A DNA stretch of 63,849 nucleotides, the filler included, from Choristocarpus tenellus KU-1152 (taxonomy: Eukaryota; Protista; Phaeophyceae), in assembly GCA_964200185.2 (NCBI GenBank). It is 11 parts of 11 records of this genome, joined end to end, with 100 filler letters (N's around TTAATTAATTAA, not from the genome) between each part and the next. Parts side by side here need not be neighbours in the genome. Positions count along the whole stretch, not along the records: positions 59,499 to 63,849 come from CAXNAD020014974.1; 10 more parts are not named here. One strand, 5' to 3'. Under the pieces are notes generated by a model. That model did no database searches. It was given only the letters and a program-made list of their open reading frames with translations, and was not told the origin of the DNA. Position 1 is the stretch's first letter. Every line of letters begins with the position of its first letter. The translations under genes and the position numbers were made by a program. Below, piece after piece: positions 59,600 to 63,849 of this stretch.

Positions 59600-62500
59600 C
59601 GATCTAACTTGTTGGAAATGCTTGTGGTAGCACTGGCAGACTGTGCATATGCCTCTCCTAGCCGCTCCAATTCCCGTGGTCTGAGGGGTCATGCTCTTCA
59701 TGCCTTAGCCCTATCCTTGAGACAAATGCAGAGGCGATGTGTTGAGGGGGAAGGAGAGGAGGATTGGAACCAGGACGAGGATGCAGGAACAGACTCTGTA
59801 GCCACTGGTGAGGCCCAGAGGTGCCAGGACTGCTTCCAAACCTGGGGACAGGGAGGAGTCTTGGGAGATGGGAGTGTTGACAGCTGTGGTTGTGTAGAGC
59901 TGGTGCTGCCTCTACTGTGTGTTAACTATTGTTTGGCACCCTTTATATTCCAATTCTTGACACTGCTGCAGTTGCATGCTCTCACCCTGCGCCACCCCCC
60001 CCCTCACACGCGATGAATATTTCACTGCCTTGGTTGGTGTGCCACCCGTGCCATGCCATGCCCTGGATACAGGTGGTATTGCTCCAGCAGTGATACGTAA
60101 GGGCCCATGTGATGCAGATGAGGAGGTGAAGGGTTTTTCTGCCGGGGCACTGGGACCAGCAGGGATGGGTGACCTCTGGGCCAGGCCTGTCGTGTGCCAG
60201 AGCCCATCTCCTTCAATCTGTCGCCGGACAAAAGCCAGAAAGTGTGCTGTGGCCAGAGGTGTAAAGGAGTTCAATATCAAAGCAAGGCGTGGTCTGCAGA
60301 CCCTGCAGTCGGAGGAGGAGCTCCCTTCCCCCCACCTTACGGCTGCTGCAGTGGCAGAATTCCTTCGCCATGCTCCGGGTCTGGACAGGGCCATGGTAGG
60401 GAGCTTCCTTGGCGAAGCAGGAGTTTCAGAGGCAGCGAAGAAGAGAGTCCAGCATGGAGGGAGAGATGCCAAAGGCTCCGGGGCCAAAGCAGAGGTTGGG
60501 TCTCAGGAAGTGGCTCTGGGAGGTGGGAGGGAGGTGTACCAGGGTGACACAGCTGCCTTCCATGCAGAGGTCCTAGAGGCATATGTTGAGTTGTTTGATT
60601 TCAGCGGCCAACCTCTGCTCATGTCTCTGCGCATGTTTCTGGCATCATTCAGACTTCCTGGGGAAGCGCAACAAATCGATCGCATCCTGCAGGTGAGTTT
60701 GGCGTGGGCAAGGGGGATGGCGTGGGTTACCCAATGGATTCGCGGTTGAAGCCCTCGCCCTGCTACCTTGGGCAGTTTTTTTGTGCAAGAGTGTTTGTTG
60801 TGTGAGGCCACGTTCTTAGGAGGGTTGGGATATCTTGTTGTAGTGTTTAGGGCTTTAGTGTTGGACTGAAAGCGGCTGTTGAATTATCTCGTGTGTGTGT
60901 GTGTGTATGTGTGTGTGTGTGTATGTGTGTATGTGTGTATGTGTGTATGTGTGTATGTGTGTATGTGTGTATGTGTGTTCTGGTGTTGACTACGGGCTGC
61001 CTTAAGGTCTATACTCCTCATCGCAAGAACTCCTTTGATTCGCACGCCTCCTGGGTTGAGTGCTCCGAATTGCCTATTGGTGTGGCGATGTGATGTCTGA
61101 GGTAGATTTTTTTTTTCTTTTCGTTGCATCTGTTTTGTTTTTTTAGGTGCGAGGTGAGGACAGAAGACAATAAGAAAATAATTTTGATAAGTCTTTTTTG
61201 TAACCTGTGATGATCTCTTATTAACAATTGTAATAATAATAATAATAATAACATAAATATTAATGATAGTAGTGAACAGGGGGTTGCATCTCTGCGCACT
61301 GATACCCACGCGCGCGCGCGCGCACGCACTCAAGGGTACCCGATCCTCATGCACTCTCTCTCTCTCTCTCTCTCTCATGTTCTTTATCAATACATCCGGT
61401 CCGAGACACAATTGGGGGAGGGTGGTAACAAACACACAATCGTATGATTTTTTATTTTTTTTTACTATCTCATTACGGTACACGAAGAATGCCTTCATCA
61501 TCAACATATACAGCTTTTATGTCGTACACATATTCATTAAAACAAAAAATAAAAAATCTGTGCTGGATACAATTCCGCATCCAAGTACATGATGTGCTGC
61601 CAAGCACACATTCACATGCATGCGTGTGCGCGCGCATGTGTAGCGTGCTTAAAACCTGGTAACATCTCCCGTTCCACCTCACAGCCCTGTGCTGACAACA
61701 ACCGACATTTCATTAATATGGCAGGCGTTTGCCCAGCGTGCCTACAAGGAGTGCCTAGAGTCAAAAGGGGGACTCCTGGCATCTGCGGATGTTGCATACC
61801 TCCTGAGCTTCAGTGTTGTGAGTGCCTCTTCCCCACCTGAGTCTGGACTCTTGCTTACGTTGACCTATTCTACGCTGGTCTCACCTGACTCTGCCGTCTG
61901 AGTGTTCAATCACCGCCCTTCTCAAAAGTTCTCAAAAGCCTTGACCATGTGTTGGTTGTTAGCGACTGTTGAGGAACTGTTGAGGAAGAAGGATCCGAAA
62001 ACAAATGCTTGGAGGAGTGTGGACTTTTGGGGGGGGGGGTTGGCAGAGATAAAGAGGCGTGTTGTTATTTGGCGAGAGTCAGATTGGGTTGGCAAGAGAG
62101 GGGGTTTTGTCCGGTTCATGTGCTGTGTATTTTATGTTAACCTCAACTTAACAGCAGCCTACAGTACCTTTCCCCTGTGCTCTCAGTCTGCCTAACTCCC
62201 CGACCTCCAACAAAGGTCCAGTGATAATCCCCCTTCCCCCTCCCCCGCTGCCCCACCTATGTTGGCACCCACTTAAGATCATGCTCAACACAGATCTTCA
62301 CAATCCGAACATACGACCCGAGAAGCGTATGTCCTTGGAAGGCTTTGTTCGGAACAACGCCAACTACGGCCGCGATATCAGTGGGGATAACCACTTACCA
62401 CGTGAGCTGTTGGAGTTGGTCTACACTTCGATTCGGGATAACCCCATCGTCACCTGTGAAGGCGGGGCTGAGGGCGAAATGACCATTGACAGGTGAGGTT

Positions 62501-63737
62501 TGTTTGTTGGTTTGTTTGTTGGTTTGTTTCCCCTCTCCTGTGCTTGTGTGTGTTTGGGACACAGGTGGGGGTTTGGATTGATGGATTGGATTGATGGCTT
62601 GGTCTATGCGATGGAGCTGAGCCTCTTGGACCGTGTGGCAGGCTGTGAGTGGTGTCATTCAAGGCAAGGATGTGGTGGTATTAATGAGGGGAAAGGGGGA
62701 AGGGGGGTGTGGGGGGGGGTGTATTAAGGGAAAGGGTGGGGGGGGTTGAAGGGGGGGGAGGGGGGGGGGGGGGGGGGGGGGGTGGGGATTGCATTTAATT
62801 GTTTTTATTAATTTATGTTACACGGAATGGTGTATTGTATAGGTTGGGACTCTCCTCTTTCAACACTCTCCCTTCATTTTGTTGCAGCCTGCCCTTGTCC
62901 CCCTACTTGGGTGAATGTACCACTCCCTAAGCCTTGACACCCTTAGCACGACCTTGATTGTTAGCCCCGTTGATAGCTTCACTTCCCTAACCCCTGCCTA
63001 CAATATCCATCCCTATTATATATGTTAGTCCTGTCCCGAATTAATACCTCACGTCCTTAATCCTCACCTGCAAAGCGTTGTCCTTGTTTGCATAGGCAGG
63101 TGCGTCAGCAAAGGTCTTGTCGTACTGCACCCACTCAATGTTGCAATTAGCACACATGAAGTATGAAATGTCTTTTGTAGCAGTACAGCATTACTAGAAA
63201 GATTAATGAGTGATGAAAGGAATATTAGAATACTGTGGTGTTAGAGTAATGGTCTAGGAAATATAGTGTAATAAAGCGCATTCTACACCATCATCTTCTT
63301 CTTTGTGGTGTGTCAGTACACTCATTCATACCGCTCGAACAATCCTAATATCTCACTAGACCCCTAACCCTATGCTATTGATAAACTATTGGTAGCCCTC
63401 AAGCCTCAACAACCCAAACCTTCATACCCTACACCACTATTATCCTTGACATGCAATGATGACAATAATCTCATCTCAATACCCTATCCGTAACCCTAAC
63501 TCTAAACCCCAAGGCCTGAGCCCACGCCCCCCACGCCCCGACAGGTGGCGGGATCTTTTGCGCCACTCTCAGGGAAACTCTATGGTCGGACACTGCCGGC
63601 CAGAGTGTGCCGACAGGGGCAGTGGAAGCAGGGATGGAAGGAGTGCTGGAGGTGGGGGTGCTCAGCACGATCAGGATGTGTTGGGTTTGTGTTGGCCAGC
63701 AGTCCTCAAGGCTGCCTCTGCAGCCTTTGTCTTGCCG
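59600..63737 (+). CDS. GBF1: Large Sec7-domain ARF guanine-nucleotide exchange factor, GBF1/GNOM/Gea type, internal part; exons 59600-59807, 60073-60692, 61725-61817, 62278-62492, 63545-~63737
   Basis: HUS end RSNLLEMLVVALA..QMQRRC. Sec7 domain FNIKARRGL..VAEFLR..GLDRAMVGSFLGE..FDFSG..SLRMFLASFRLPGEAQQIDRILQAFA..YLLSFSVIMLNTDLHNPNI..MSLEGFVRNN. HDS1-like WRDLLRHS..HDQDVLGLCWPAVLKAASAAF. Splice phases are consistent. Confidence 0.88.
60890..60978. repeat. (GT/GTAT)n microsatellite in an intron
   Basis: Visible directly in the sequence. Confidence 0.9.
62686..62788. repeat. G-rich / poly-G tract in an intron
   Basis: Visible directly in the sequence. Confidence 0.75.
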
Positions 63738-63849
63738 GTGGGTGGGGTAGAATGGCAGCCAAATGAGAATTTCAGTAACTGGGTGATCAACGATCGATTG
63801 GGGTGTCTAGGGGTGGTGGTGGTGGTGGTGGTGTGTGTGGACGGGGAGG

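Noticed and set aside
59808-60072. Apparent frameshift at the poly-C in the Sec7 gene
   Set aside because: Explained by an in-phase GT-AG intron at 59808-60072.
60884-61592. Several ORFs of 100-200 aa
   Set aside because: Intronic microsatellite and low-complexity sequence.

Overview
This is eukaryotic, intron-rich genomic DNA. It is most consistent with a flagellated, plastid-bearing stramenopile alga such as a brown-algal relative; that is an inference from a bipartite plastid-targeting N-terminus, ciliary genes and the transposon content. The window consists of 11 contigs joined by ten artificial 100-bp linkers (N44-TTAATTAATTAA-N44), so adjacency across linkers cannot be trusted. Spliced gene models were rebuilt by hand from GT-AG sites and reading phase. 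They include an androglobin-like fragment and a DDX51/Dbp6 helicase lying head-to-head with a complete 6-exon, 380-aa plastid-targeted protein carrying two tandem RbcX-like domains (the most interesting item). Also present are LRRC51, a calponin-homology protein with a 12-aa coding tandem repeat, a DYRK/HIPK-like kinase, a possible C1orf109-like gene, a stand-alone ParB/Srx-like protein, an ABCB9/TAPL-type TMD0 and a GBF1/GNOM-type Sec7 ARF-GEF. Mobile DNA includes two head-to-head decayed DIRS/Ngaro retroelements, Copia relics, mariner and Harbinger-like relics, and several MITE families sharing termini and 4-bp TSDs (Sola-like). All family assignments rest on motif recognition; no database searches were run.
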